Program-made: the position numbers and the translations under genes | Notes under the pieces: generated by a model | What the model saw: the letters and a program-made list of their open reading frames with translations, nothing else | What the model was told of the DNA's origin: nothing | Databases searched by the model: none | Shown here: piece by piece, positions 11,345 to 21,765 of the stretch | How the letters are laid out: every line of letters starts with the position of its first letter | Position numbering within the stretch: the first letter of the stretch is position 1 | DNA from: Blastocladiella emersonii ATCC 22665 | Taxonomy: Eukaryota; Fungi; Blastocladiomycota | Assembly: GCA_025594325.1 (NCBI GenBank) | Contig: JANHCV010000008.1 | Location: 558,001 to 622,000 of the forward strand | Length of the DNA stretch: 64,000 nucleotides | Reading direction: 5' to 3'

Positions 11345-13417
11345 GGAGTAACTTGATGCAACGAATGAACCTGCGCCGTCCTACAAGGACACGCTCGCCA
11401 TCGAGTGCGCGTGCGCGGTCGACTCCCCGCCGTTCGTCCGCCACTTCCAGAAGCTGGCCGTCTCGGGCGACCGGTCCGACATCACCATCTCGCTTCACGG
11501 ACGCACTTATCCGCTTCATTCCGACGTGCTCGTGCAAAGCCCCTTCTTCGCCGCCTTGCTCAACGATGCCTGGCACGCGCCGCGTGAGGGCTTCGCACTC
11601 GGGCTCGATTTTACCTTGTCCGACGACGAAGATGACGAAGATGAGGCCGATGACGGCGAGGATGTCGAGATGAGCGAAGCGGGACGTGACGAAGAAGACG
11701 TCGTGAACCGTTCCGTGTATGCGTGGGAGTCGGTCATCGTTGCGCTTTACGGCGGGTGTGCCAAGGTCATTGCTTCCCGCATCACGCCCGTCAATTTCTT
11801 CGACTCGGTTTGCGCGGCGACTTACTTCAGTACGTCGGCTCGTTTCCTGTTCACGTTATTTCTGCTGACTTGAGACACACTCCTTGTTGTAGACGCTCCG
11901 CAACTTACCAGCGCTTGCAACAAGTACTACGCCTCCGGTCTTGCGAATATGCACTCGATTGAGGATCCTGAGCACAGCCCTTTCGTCGCGCTCGCTGCTC
12001 AGCTGATGGTCACCTGCTGGGAGACCGACCTTCCCGCAGCGACATCTTCTCTCCTCGATTCAACCATGAGCCAGCTCAAGTTCCTCGGCCCACACACGGT
12101 TTCTGAAGCAATTCTCGATCAGTGCCCCACGAGCTCGTTCGCCGCGTGGTCCTTTCGCCGACCTTTTGGGCTCCGTCAGAATTCTCGCGGTTCGGGTTTC
12201 TCGCTGGACTTGGCATTGCCGCCGCCGACACCTTGCGCGTCGTCCTGTTCACGAACATGTCCGAGACGGAACTTGCGCAAATTTTTGCTTCTCCTGTCGT
12301 TGCCGAAGATCCCGTGCTCACGATTGGCATCCGCTCAGCCGCTTTCGACGCGCTCGCACTCCGCTCCACTGTGCTCGCCGCCAAGCCCCACGAACAGCGA
12401 CTGACTACAGCTCGCTACCCGGAGCTGCCCACGGATTCAGAGCCTGTCGTGGACTGCAGCGATGTTGATCCTGGCGCCGAGGATCTTGAATCCGACGAGA
12501 CCATGAGCAACGGCGGCAGTGGAAGCGAGGAATCCGACGACGAGACGAGCGAAAACTCCGAGGATGGTGATGATGATGATGACGAGGGTCAATCCCAGCA
12601 ATCGGACCGCGTGAGTGGACTTCTCGAACTTGCACCAACGCTTGACGCGATGACGGCTGTTCGTCGTCACTCTATGCGCTTCCCATTCAACATCTCGGTC
12701 GAGCGCGGCACTTTCCCTCAATGTGTGCTCCCCCCTGTCTTCTTTGGCGGGCATCTTTGGGCGCTTCGATTTGGCACGCTGACCAAGGGCAACGGCCAGC
12801 GGGAGCCCAAGATTAACCTGTACGTACCGTCAGCTCTCAGCCACGCCGTTATGATCCCTCACGTCGTATGAATTCTCGTTTAGCAATATGCTCGCCCACG
12901 ACCCAACGTCCGTCGCTGCAGCAGGTGGACCACTCGCTGTCTACAGTGACTCGCGTGCGGCTGTCCTGCAACGAGTCCACTCTGTCGTTTTTGTGGAGCA
13001 AGCAGGCTCGGACTCGTCAACTCGCTGCGCCCTCAACGCCGAGATCTCGTGCTTGGCAAGTGCGGAAACTCCCGAATGGCGGAAGCCTTCCGCGCTTCGC
13101 CCGGGCATGACGTGGGGATCAGCCACTGTTCGTGACCTTCCATCAGTGGACGGTGTTGATGCCGACAGAAGGAGGCAGGAGACAAGTAATCAGGGACGTC
13201 TATTTCCTGCCTTCGGCCTCGAACCCAAGACGGGGAGAGGGGAGAATGGATAACAAAGCAGGGCGCGCTGCAGCGGGGTGCGGCGGCGCGGGAGCGAGGG
13301 TTGCGGGCGGCTCACGCGAGATCAGATGATTGATCCCCGCGGTCACGGCCGCATGAACGACACGCAACAGACGGTAAGTCGGTGGTGCGCGGAATGGTGG
13401 TCCTCGAGCTCCTCTGA
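11345..13417 (+). CDS. Multi-exon BTB/POZ (germ-cell-less-like) protein; last exon interrupted by solo LTR; apparent 1-nt frameshift near 12120
   Basis: SDITISLHGRTYPLHSDVLVQSPFFAALLNDAW is a BTB motif and VVLSPTFWAPSEFSRF is BACK-like. GT..AG introns are present. The frame LPSVDG continues after the LTR as KSVVRGMVVLELL-stop (13415-13417). The exact start is uncertain. Confidence 0.6.
13154..13369 (-). mobile_element. Solo LTR (216 bp) of the Ty3/Gypsy family found at 36700-42023
   Basis: TG...CA ends, 5-bp TSD GACGG (13149-13153 and 13370-13374), and sequence closely matching the LTRs at 36700 and 41808. Confidence 0.95.
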
Positions 13418-13680
13418 AGTCAAGGCGGTTGATAAATTTCACAATTAAGAGGCAAGAAAGAGATAGTCACCGAGCCTGTATATAAATGTGTTGTTAGTTC
13501 GAGTACTCATTTGTGCCCAGCTGTCCCTCAGCGTTGGCAAATGCCCGTGTCTCGCACCACGTGATGTCTCGCGGTTTTTCGCGACGCGTGAATCCACCCG
13601 AGCGCGTGGACATCGTGCGACCACCAAGCTCAATCGCGGTGAGCTTTACACCTGCTGCAAAAACCTCCTGTAATCGCACC

Positions 13681-14723
13681 ATGAAGCTCAAGGACATCCC
13701 GCAGACCCCTCCCTTCGGCGATTGGGCAGCAACTGCGCGCGGCTTCGACGCGGTCACCGCCGACCTTGTTCAGCGCTTGCACCTAGTGGCGTTCGCCGGA
13801 GTCCTTGCGAGTTTTCCCTTTGCATTCTATACCCTTCACCACGTCTTCATCCGCCAACGTCGCCGCTTCTTTGCCCCACGGACTTCAGAGTCAGCTTTAA
13901 TCAAACCCATGCCCAATGAATGCTTCACCGCAGCAGTATTCGCTTCTGCGCCGGCGTTTATAATCTGGCAGCTGCTGTTGTATTTTGACGTGGGTCCGCC
14001 CGCCCTTCGACACTTTTTCCAAAACTTGCGCTATACGATGGCCGAGATCGGTAGCATTTTGTACCTTGTTGGGATCCAGTCGACGATTCCGCCAGGCGCT
14101 GCGACCCTCGCTAGCGGCTTTGCCCAGGACTCGTTGCCCTTATGGAAGCGACTCGTGCTTGCTGTTCCCGTCCCCCGGCCCAAAACCATGAACATCGTCA
14201 TGCTCTACTTTCTCATCATTCATGTAATCGCCACCAGTTCCATCACAATTGGTCTGGGGCTCGCCTCAACATGGGACGAAGCTCGAATCTGGCGCGCCGC
14301 CCTGTGGACCGTCTGGATCACCTTCACTGGATTCATCTCGCTCTTCCTTGCCCTCTTCGGCATCCAGCTGCTCGTGATCATTGATGCGAACGAGAGACAT
14401 CGCATGGCTACCGTGGTTCCGTCTCGGCCAGAGAGCTTCATGCTGGTCGAGAAGGAGAGCGCGTCCGCCAGCTCTGCACCCCCAAGCCCGGCAGCCATCA
14501 AGAAGTCGGCCTTCGTGTCGAGATCACTGGGTCTCGATCCTGCGACTCCATCCCGCTTGACACGGTCAAACCAAGGCCATTCCAGCAAAAGGTCTAGCCA
14601 CAGCGACGGAACAGACGCTCCCTCCTTGCGCCGAGCGCGCTCCATCAACCTCAAGCACTTGCGCAGCGTGATCCTGGCCGTCAGCGTTCTGTGCGGCAAC
14701 TACTCAATTATCAACGTACTTAC
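13681..14723 (+). pseudogene. 7TM paralog 2, 5' part, split by the viral insertion
   Basis: Aligns with paralogs 1 and 3 up to NYSIINVLT, where viral sequence begins. Confidence 0.9.
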
Positions 14724-15868
14724 TGTCGTATCCCTTAAGGGATACAACATGGGCTGACCCACTGCCACTCGGGCTGACCAATTGCTTACCCCGAGCGGTC
14801 GGCGACAGTCACTCGGGGTAACCACGTGAGACCCCGTTGCTTACCCCGGGTGGTTAATAAAATGTCGGATTCAAATGTTGTGTTCCCTTAGGGAACACGA
14901 CACGCGGACGGAGGCCAAAGGCCGAAGCAGGTAGGCGGGAGGGTGGGTGGAAGGGAGGGGCAAGCAGTCCAGGAGTGAGTCCCTGACCTGACCCCCGAGC
15001 CCGTCCCTAACCAACCCCTTGGGCTGACCATTGCTTACCCCGAGCGGTTGGCGGCGGCCGGCGAGCGCAGCGAGACGAAGAGCAGCGCAGCTGCGGCTAC
15101 CCACTGACAGAGTTCCCTGGTCTGGTCCCTGAGCACGGCTGCGAGTCGATCTGCGAGTTGATCTGCGAGACAAGTCCAAGAGCAGATCCCTGAGCCTGTC
15201 CCTGACCAACCACTCAGACTGACCATTGCTTACCCCGAGCGGTCGGCGGCGGCCGGCGAGCGCAGCGAGACGAAGAGCAGCGCAGCTGCGGCTACCCACT
15301 GACAGAGTTCCCTGGTCTGGTCCCTGAGCACGGCTGCGAGTCGATCTGCGAGTTGATCTGCGAGACAAGTCCGAGAGCAGATCCCTGAGCCCGTCCCTGA
15401 CCAACCACTCAGACTGACCATTGCTTACCCCGAGCGGTCGGCGGCGGCCTGCAAGCGCAGCGAGACGAAGAGCAGCGCAGCTGCGGCTACCCACTGACAG
15501 AGTTCCCTGGTCTGGTCCCTGAGCACAGCTGCAAGTCGATCTGTGAGCAGTCCCCGAGCCAGTCCCCGAGCCAGTCCCTGACCACCTGCCGCAAGCAGCT
15601 GCTATGAAGCCACTCACCGTAAAGGTCCCAAATTCATGGCAAAAAACAGCAGAGTATATATATACACTACCCTTTTTTGCCATGAATTTGGGACTTTCAA
15701 AGACAAGAGGTCAGGGTACGGGGGGAGGTCAAGGATGGGGGAGCGTCCTTAGCAGCATCAATGTATTGGGCAGGACAGGGGTCAAGGTACAAGGTCAAGG
15801 CAGGGGAGCGTCTTAGCAGGCAGCGTCTTAGCAGGCAGGAAGGCAGCGTGGCAGGTCATGGAGTGTCT
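14724..15868. repeat. Left terminal inverted repeat (1145 bp), containing 195-bp tandem units starting at 15024, 15219 and 15414
   Basis: Reverse complement of 30509-31458 with one extra 195-bp unit; it ends exactly at the helicase stop codon. Confidence 0.92.
15625..15694. other. Perfect 22-bp inverted repeat around a TATATATATA-containing loop; candidate replication origin (mirrored at 30683-30752)
   Basis: GTCCCAAATTCATGGCAAAAAA, a 26-nt spacer, then TTTTTTGCCATGAATTTGGGAC. Confidence 0.6.
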
Positions 15869-18800
15869 TAGAGCTCGTTGTTGTCCTCGTTGTTGTCCTC
15901 GTCCTCGTCCATCTCCAGGACAAACGGCGCCGAATTGGCTGGGGGTCGGTTCCAGGTCTTGTACATGACAAAGTACAGAATGTCGTCTGTCCACTTCAGG
16001 TTACTGTACTTCTTGCCGCGTACTGAGACCCGGGGTTCGTCCTTGTCTGGCACAGCAAGGCACTTGTTAAAGTAGGTGCCAAGAAGCCTGTTTAGGACTG
16101 TTGCTGTGTCACACTTGTAATACCCAAGCTTCTTGAAGTACTTGTGGATGTCCGCTTCAAACTTGGCGGGGATGGTGGCCTGGATGTTGAACTCCTCGGA
16201 CGTGCAGAGGTCCACGTCGTTGTGTTCCAGGAGCTTGTGCAGGACGTGGCCCTTGTCCTTGGTGTAAAAGTGCTGGATACGCTCCATGAAGCTCTCCGCG
16301 TTGTCGTCCCAGATGATCTTCATGTTGTCCATGCTCAGACCATTGAACTTGCGGATGAAGAAGGCCTTGCGGACAGAGAGGGAGATGGTCCAGTCCGGGT
16401 CCTTGATGGTACCTTTGCAGTAGGCACGCATGAGCTCCTTGGATGGTGGCTGGACGTTTGCCCATTCAAAAGACCAGCCCAACGTCATGACATCCTTAAT
16501 CTCGGGGTGCGCCTTGTAGTAGTACTCGGGGGAGTCGTCCATGACAATGTTGGCGACCTTGCAGAAGGCGTCAAAGACCTTGAGGCAGAAGGTCACAGCG
16601 GCCATCTCGTTCTCAAGATCTGTGTTCTTGACAATAGCCCGGTGAAGTTTGCCGACCGAGTCCAAGTCAATGACCTGTAACTTGTTCATGTACGCGCCGT
16701 GGCAACCATTGCTGATCATGAACACGATCTCGTTGTCATTGGGGTAGCGCACGCGGTAGATTGCCTGGAAGAAGTCGCGGGCAGGGACCCAGGACTCGTA
16801 GCGCGCGTACACCTTGTGGAAGACGTCTGGCTTTGAAAAGTTGACCCCCACAGTGATCTTGAGGTTGGCGATGACTATACGGACCGTATCGTCGCCCCAC
16901 ACAGAGTCAGGGTCAATGAGTTCCTTGTCCTCGTGGTTGGGGCGGTCGCCGTGGTAGAGCTTGATCTGCTTGCCAATCTTCCACGTCTCCTCGGCAAAGA
17001 CCCGCTCGAGGTACTCGCCAAAGGTCTGCACCGACCACTTGGTTGACTTCTTGCATGGTCGTGGGAGGAAGAGGTAGAGCTTCTTGTTGGCCTTGAGGTC
17101 GGCAATGATGTTGCTCTCCATGATGTCTTCAGCGGACTTCTCCTTGTCCTTGTCGTCGGTGATGAGGCTCATCTTGCGCGGCTCAAACTCCTTGCCAAGC
17201 GTGTTCGTGATCACCTTGATCTTACCATGGAGTATGGTCTTGATGTTGTGCTCAACAGTAAAGGAGTGGAGGACGTCCATGGTCAGGTTCGTGACAAACG
17301 CGTCCATGAAGATACCCTTGCTGCCCTTGTGCTCGCACAGCGTCTTGAAGGCCTTGAGGTTGGCCTCGAGGTTGTTGCGAATGGTGGTTGTGTGCAACTT
17401 GGCGTCCTGGAACATCTTGAGGACTGTCTTGGACTCGTCCACCACAACAATGTTGTAGGGCTCAGTCAAGTAGTGCAGCGAGCACGGCGAGACAATGAGT
17501 CGCTTGTGATCCCCCAGTGTCTTCTTGTCCTTGATGCTGCGGTAGTTGACAAAGCCAAGCTTCTGTTCGCGGGCTCGACCCTCGGTGTTGTGGGCCAGGG
17601 TGATGCGAGGTGTGATCCAGACCACTCGCGCGTCTGGGTACTTGGCAATGTAGTTGCAAACAGCGCCCGTCTTGTTGGAGCCCATGCCCGTGGCCAGCAC
17701 GTTGAACTTGGCCAGGGTAATGTTGTCGCAGGACAGGAACTGGTTGGGGCTGGTCACGTCCACTGGTACCTCAAGCGACTGCTCAAACTTGGCCATGGCC
17801 TTGGACTTGAACGCGGCTGGGAACCGCTTGTAGAAGATGGCCTTGACAAACGTGTCCAGCACCTGGTAGTTGTTGTTGCTGGCAATCTCGTTCCATCGGC
17901 CCCAGTACTTTTGCATGCGCTGAGCCGAGTTGTCCTGCTGCGACGTCCACGCCCAGAACTGGTCAAATGTGACCCCTTTGCGCATGGCCCATGTCATGAT
18001 CCGCCAGGTCACGTTGTTGTGGAATGCGTTCTCGGGGCTGATGGGGATGTTGTGGAGGATCTCGAGTGGCGTGGCGTTGTAGTAGAAGAAGTCGGGGTCG
18101 ATCTGCACGTCCTTGAACTCGGGGATGTCAAGGTCGTAGTCAAGGCAACCCGCGTGGCGCTTGGTCCGCGCTTCCTTGGCCTTGGCAGACACAAACTCTT
18201 CAAAGGACAGGTCCGAGACCGACACGCAGTTGGGGTCAAAGTCGCACTGGATCAAGTGCTTGGACAGGCAGTCCTTGTTGCCCGAGATCCACACACCGGG
18301 CGTCTTCTTGGGCTTGGACTGGTTGATGCACTTCATGAAGCGGTGCTTGCTGTACACGCTGGAGTCAAAGCCAAGCTTGACGTGGTCAGGGTGGCTGCAG
18401 AACAGCTTCAGGAACGGCATGTCCTTGAGCGTGACCGTGTAGTTGCTGATGACAATGTGCCACGACTTTTTGAGGTCCGTCTCGTAGCCGCAGACCTGGA
18501 GGTTGGCGCCGGGGAACTGGGTCAGGATGACCTTCTTGATGACGTCCAGGGTCACGTCCTTGCGGTTGCCTGGGCAGTCAATGTCAAAGTAGACCTTGGA
18601 CAGGCGATTGGGGTGGACCATCTCCTGGATGCAGCGGTTCTTGTCGAGGAGCCTGGCCAGGTCGGCTGTCTTGACCTTGGCAAAGTAGTGTGCTGCGATG
18701 GGCTGGCCATTTTTGTCAACGCCCTTGTCAACGAGGCGCTTGATGACCGTCTCGTCGTCTTGCAGCTCAGACAAGAGCGTGCGCTGAGGGCCCATGTCGC

Positions 18801-18879
18801 TGTCGCCACCATCCTTGCCATGGAACCACTTGAGACCAAAGGCGGTGCCATATTTACCGGGAACCTGCTTGCAAGGCAT
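15868..18879 (-). CDS. AEP primase + PriCT-2-like + SF2 origin-binding (UL9-like) helicase fusion, about 1003 aa
   Basis: AEP motifs KVYFDID, KKSWHIVI and FDSSVYSKHRFMKCINQSK; a W-rich PriCT-2-like block; helicase motifs TGMGSNKT, VVVDES, FMDAF, ITVGVNF and FQAIYRVR. Start placed at MPCKQ using the promoter motif. Confidence 0.8.
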   Translation of the reverse strand: MPCKQVPGKYGTAFGLKWFHGKDGGDSDMGPQRTLLSELQDDETVIKRLVDKGVDKNGQPIAAHYFAKVKTADLARLLDKNRCIQEMVHPNRLSKVYFDIDCPGNRKDVTLDVIKKVILTQFPGANLQVCGYETDLKKSWHIVISNYTVTLKDMPFLKLFCSHPDHVKLGFDSSVYSKHRFMKCINQSKPKKTPGVWISGNKDCLSKHLIQCDFDPNCVSVSDLSFEEFVSAKAKEARTKRHAGCLDYDLDIPEFKDVQIDPDFFYYNATPLEILHNIPISPENAFHNNVTWRIMTWAMRKGVTFDQFWAWTSQQDNSAQRMQKYWGRWNEIASNNNYQVLDTFVKAIFYKRFPAAFKSKAMAKFEQSLEVPVDVTSPNQFLSCDNITLAKFNVLATGMGSNKTGAVCNYIAKYPDARVVWITPRITLAHNTEGRAREQKLGFVNYRSIKDKKTLGDHKRLIVSPCSLHYLTEPYNIVVVDESKTVLKMFQDAKLHTTTIRNNLEANLKAFKTLCEHKGSKGIFMDAFVTNLTMDVLHSFTVEHNIKTILHGKIKVITNTLGKEFEPRKMSLITDDKDKEKSAEDIMESNIIADLKANKKLYLFLPRPCKKSTKWSVQTFGEYLERVFAEETWKIGKQIKLYHGDRPNHEDKELIDPDSVWGDDTVRIVIANLKITVGVNFSKPDVFHKVYARYESWVPARDFFQAIYRVRYPNDNEIVFMISNGCHGAYMNKLQVIDLDSVGKLHRAIVKNTDLENEMAAVTFCLKVFDAFCKVANIVMDDSPEYYYKAHPEIKDVMTLGWSFEWANVQPPSKELMRAYCKGTIKDPDWTISLSVRKAFFIRKFNGLSMDNMKIIWDDNAESFMERIQHFYTKDKGHVLHKLLEHNDVDLCTSEEFNIQATIPAKFEADIHKYFKKLGYYKCDTATVLNRLLGTYFNKCLAVPDKDEPRVSVRGKKYSNLKWTDDILYFVMYKTWNRPPANSAPFVLEMDEDEDNNEDNNEL

Positions 18880-19054
18880 GTTGTTATGATGAGGTAACAG
18901 AAATGGTGACAGGGCAGGTGCGTTTAAACGCGCAGGATTTAGCGCTAATGGCTGTGACCCGGGAGCCCTTGTTGGCATGGCCCATGACTTGCCACTGTCC
19001 TGACCCAGACCCGGCTGCCCTTGCGTGACCTGACCCTGACCCAGACACAACCTC

Positions 19055-19371
19055 CCCCATGAGCCCAACTTGGGAGCCAGTCGAGGCCGAGGTCACAATC
19101 CGCTCAAACCGTGACCTGGGACGCGACTGAGGGCGAAGAACCGGACCTCCACCCCCCATGACCCCGACTTGGGCGCCAGCAGAGGCCGAGGTCACAAACC
19201 CCCCATGAGCTCAACTTGGGAGCCAGTTGAGGCTGAGGTCACAATCCGCTCAAACCGTGACCTGGGACATGACTGAGGGCGAAGAACCGGACCTCCACCC
19301 CCCCCCCCCATGACCCCGACTTGGGCGCCAGCAGAGGCCGAGGTCACGAACCTCTCAAACCGTGACCTGGG
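19055..19371. repeat. Two copies of a ~146-150 bp unit with internal sub-repeats in the divergent helicase/recombinase intergenic region
   Basis: CCCCATGAGC(C/T)CAACTTGGGAGCCAG...CAAACCGTGACCTGGG recurs at about 19055 and 19201. Confidence 0.85.
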
Positions 19372-19496
19372 CCCTCCCACGGTCCATGACTTGCCACCAC
19401 CCTGACCCTGACCCAGGCCCAGCTACCCAGAAAAAAGAACGTTGCGTTCAAACGCACTTGAGCCCATGGAGCCTTTTTGTTGACAGTCAGTAAACC

Positions 19497-20624
19497 ATGT
19501 TGCTCGAGTCTCTTGCCTCTCAGGTCGCTGTTGCCCTCGCTCAGCATGTTGCCGCAGACGTGGTGCAGCAAGTCATGGACAAGCTCCAGCCCGTGTTTGG
19601 GTCAATCGACAAGCGCTTCAAGGACTTGGACGCGCGACTCAAGGCCATCAAGTCACACGACCCAGATCATGGCGCTGATCAGCAAGTCACTCCCATGGAA
19701 GTCGACACCCCCAAGGTCAAGTTTGCCGAGCTGACCGAGGATGCCATCAAGGCATGTGTCAACGCGCCTGTGGTGGACAAGAACAGGGAGCAGGCCGAGC
19801 TGGACGCCGACGACAAGGCCAAGACGGCTCGTGTACTCCTTGCCTTTGCCGCGTCAGGTCTGGACATCCAGGATGTCGAGGCTGTGTCCAAGGCCGTGGC
19901 CACCTACCGTGCGACCAAGGGGTCCAAGAACGTCCAGGGTCTGCAGGTCGAGACGCTCAAGGCCCTGGCCAAGTACTGCACCTGGAACGGGTGGACCGAA
20001 CTCGGGGCCAAGTACACAGAGGCCAAGAAGCAGGACGCTGCCAACTTCCGCAACGCGCGCAAGGAACTCGAGTCTGGTGCGCTCCCAAGCCGTGACGCCA
20101 TTTGCGCCGCTATTGTTGATGCAAAGGGCTCGGGCACGGGGCTCCTGCGTCTGTACCTCCAAGTTGTGAGTGCGGTGCGCTCTGACCCTGCGTTCCTGAC
20201 CACGAAGCCAACCACTGGGTACCCGTACTACGACCCAGAGACCCAGATTCTGGCTGGCGATGTCATTGTCAAGACAGAGGGCTGTGGCTACAACTTCTTG
20301 CACACAGTTAGTGAGCCCAAGGTCGCCGCCGCTCTCAAGCGTATCCTCGCCCAGCGTCTCGCCAAAGGTCATGACTTTGTCTTCAACAACTACACCCTCA
20401 AGGAGCTCAAGGACACCACGCTCCGCAAGAGGGTTAGCAGCACCTGGTGTACGTCAATTAGTCGGGCTGCAAAGACGGTCGGCTTTGAGGATGGCGGCGT
20501 GGCAGTGATCCGCCGTATCTCCACCAGTGAGAACTTTGCTGCGCAGCAAGCTATTGCCAAACGCGCGCACGAGATGGGTCACAGCGTCCCCGTTGCGCTG
20601 ACCTACTACATGACGCCTCAGTAA
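19497..20624 (+). CDS. Tyrosine recombinase-like protein (375 aa)
   Basis: Catalytic-type residues in order: R (VSAVRSD), K (VKT), xxRR (VAVIRR) and AHEMGHS-x6-YY at the C-terminus. Confidence 0.75.
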   Translation: MLLESLASQVAVALAQHVAADVVQQVMDKLQPVFGSIDKRFKDLDARLKAIKSHDPDHGADQQVTPMEVDTPKVKFAELTEDAIKACVNAPVVDKNREQAELDADDKAKTARVLLAFAASGLDIQDVEAVSKAVATYRATKGSKNVQGLQVETLKALAKYCTWNGWTELGAKYTEAKKQDAANFRNARKELESGALPSRDAICAAIVDAKGSGTGLLRLYLQVVSAVRSDPAFLTTKPTTGYPYYDPETQILAGDVIVKTEGCGYNFLHTVSEPKVAAALKRILAQRLAKGHDFVFNNYTLKELKDTTLRKRVSSTWCTSISRAAKTVGFEDGGVAVIRRISTSENFAAQQAIAKRAHEMGHSVPVALTYYMTPQ

Positions 20625-20652
20625 TCCTTTTGTCTCCGCCTTTGTTGATACA

Positions 20653-21765
20653 ATGTATGCCCACAAAGAGCCGCTCACAGACGCACAGCAAGCATTCCTG
20701 ACAGACTTGTACTACAAGCGCGGCCACGTAGGTGTTGGCATCCGTCAGCTCTTTGACATTGTGTCCAGAGAGAACACAGGGAAGCACATCTACTGCGCCC
20801 AGCTTGAGAGATGGCTCGGCGAACAGTCCGTGTGGCAGCAGTACAAGCGCGCACCTCAGAAGCGCCGAGACATTCGAAGCATCAACTCAACGAGCCCCGG
20901 TCGCAACTTCCAGCTTGACCTCATTGACATGGGCGAAAACGGTACGTACAAGGGCTTCCGTTACATTCTTACGTGTGTCGACCTGGCGAGCCGCCGCGTC
21001 TACCTCCAACCCATCAAGACCAAGGACAAGACGCGGGAAGCATGGTCCAGCGTGGTCGCCAAGCACAGCCTTGCACCTGCCACAATCCAGACGGACAATG
21101 GGACCGAGTTCTTTGGCATAGAGGCCGGGACTGAGGCCAAGCACATCAAGGGCAAGGCAGGAGTGCCATATGGTCAAGGTGTCGTTGAGCATATGAACGG
21201 GACCATCCGCCGGATGCTCACACCGTGGCTGTCCATCCCGGGCAACAACGACTGGCCCAAGCACCTCGAGACCATTGAATCTGTGATCAACAGCAGCAAG
21301 TCGAGGGCCGCGGGCAGGGCGCCCAACGAGTTCTATGACATGCCCCGCGAAACGGCCAAGGAAGAGCTCAAGGCAATCCGAGCTGCCAAAGGCAAGCCCG
21401 AGGGCGACCCTCTGAGCGCGTTGCTGGAGGTAGGGACCCAGGTCCGAGTCCGCGAGCCGTACAAGACTGCCATGGAGGCCAAGGGGAAGCCAGTCTGGTC
21501 GCCAACCGTGAGCCAGGTCCAGGTTGTGCGCAAGGGGTTGGGCGTGAGCAATCCAAGCTACAAGGTCCAAGGCCTCAAGGGCTTCTACCCTCGAAGCGAC
21601 GTCCAGCCAGTCACAGCGACCCAGGACCCGCCAACAAGGCAGCGCGTAGGTCCAAGTCTTCCAAGGCTCCCTGCTGCGCGCACCCCAGTCACGCCAAGGG
21701 AGCCCTCGACCCGGGTCAGGCGCGTCCCAGTCCGAGTCCAAGAAAAGTGGGACCGCGGGCTTTAG
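20653..21765 (+). CDS. Retroviral-like (rve, DDE) integrase of Polinton type (370 aa)
   Basis: FQLDLIDM, YILTCVD..SR, IQTDNGTEF and GVVEHMNGTIR (D-D-E triad), plus a C-terminal VGTQVRV...WS...YKV SH3-like region. Confidence 0.92.
   Translation: MYAHKEPLTDAQQAFLTDLYYKRGHVGVGIRQLFDIVSRENTGKHIYCAQLERWLGEQSVWQQYKRAPQKRRDIRSINSTSPGRNFQLDLIDMGENGTYKGFRYILTCVDLASRRVYLQPIKTKDKTREAWSSVVAKHSLAPATIQTDNGTEFFGIEAGTEAKHIKGKAGVPYGQGVVEHMNGTIRRMLTPWLSIPGNNDWPKHLETIESVINSSKSRAAGRAPNEFYDMPRETAKEELKAIRAAKGKPEGDPLSALLEVGTQVRVREPYKTAMEAKGKPVWSPTVSQVQVVRKGLGVSNPSYKVQGLKGFYPRSDVQPVTATQDPPTRQRVGPSLPRLPAARTPVTPREPSTRVRRVPVRVQEKWDRGL

Noticed and set aside
14871-15816. ORFs within the TIRs (270, 205, 70 and 63 aa)
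   Set aside because: They are translations of non-coding tandem repeats with no promoter motif and no protein-like composition.
20625-20655. Viral promoter motif before the rve integrase (and before ORF 24055)
   Set aside because: The integrase has TTGTTG but no TAAA at +8, and ORF 24055 has TAAC but a poor hexamer. Neither was counted among the nine sites.
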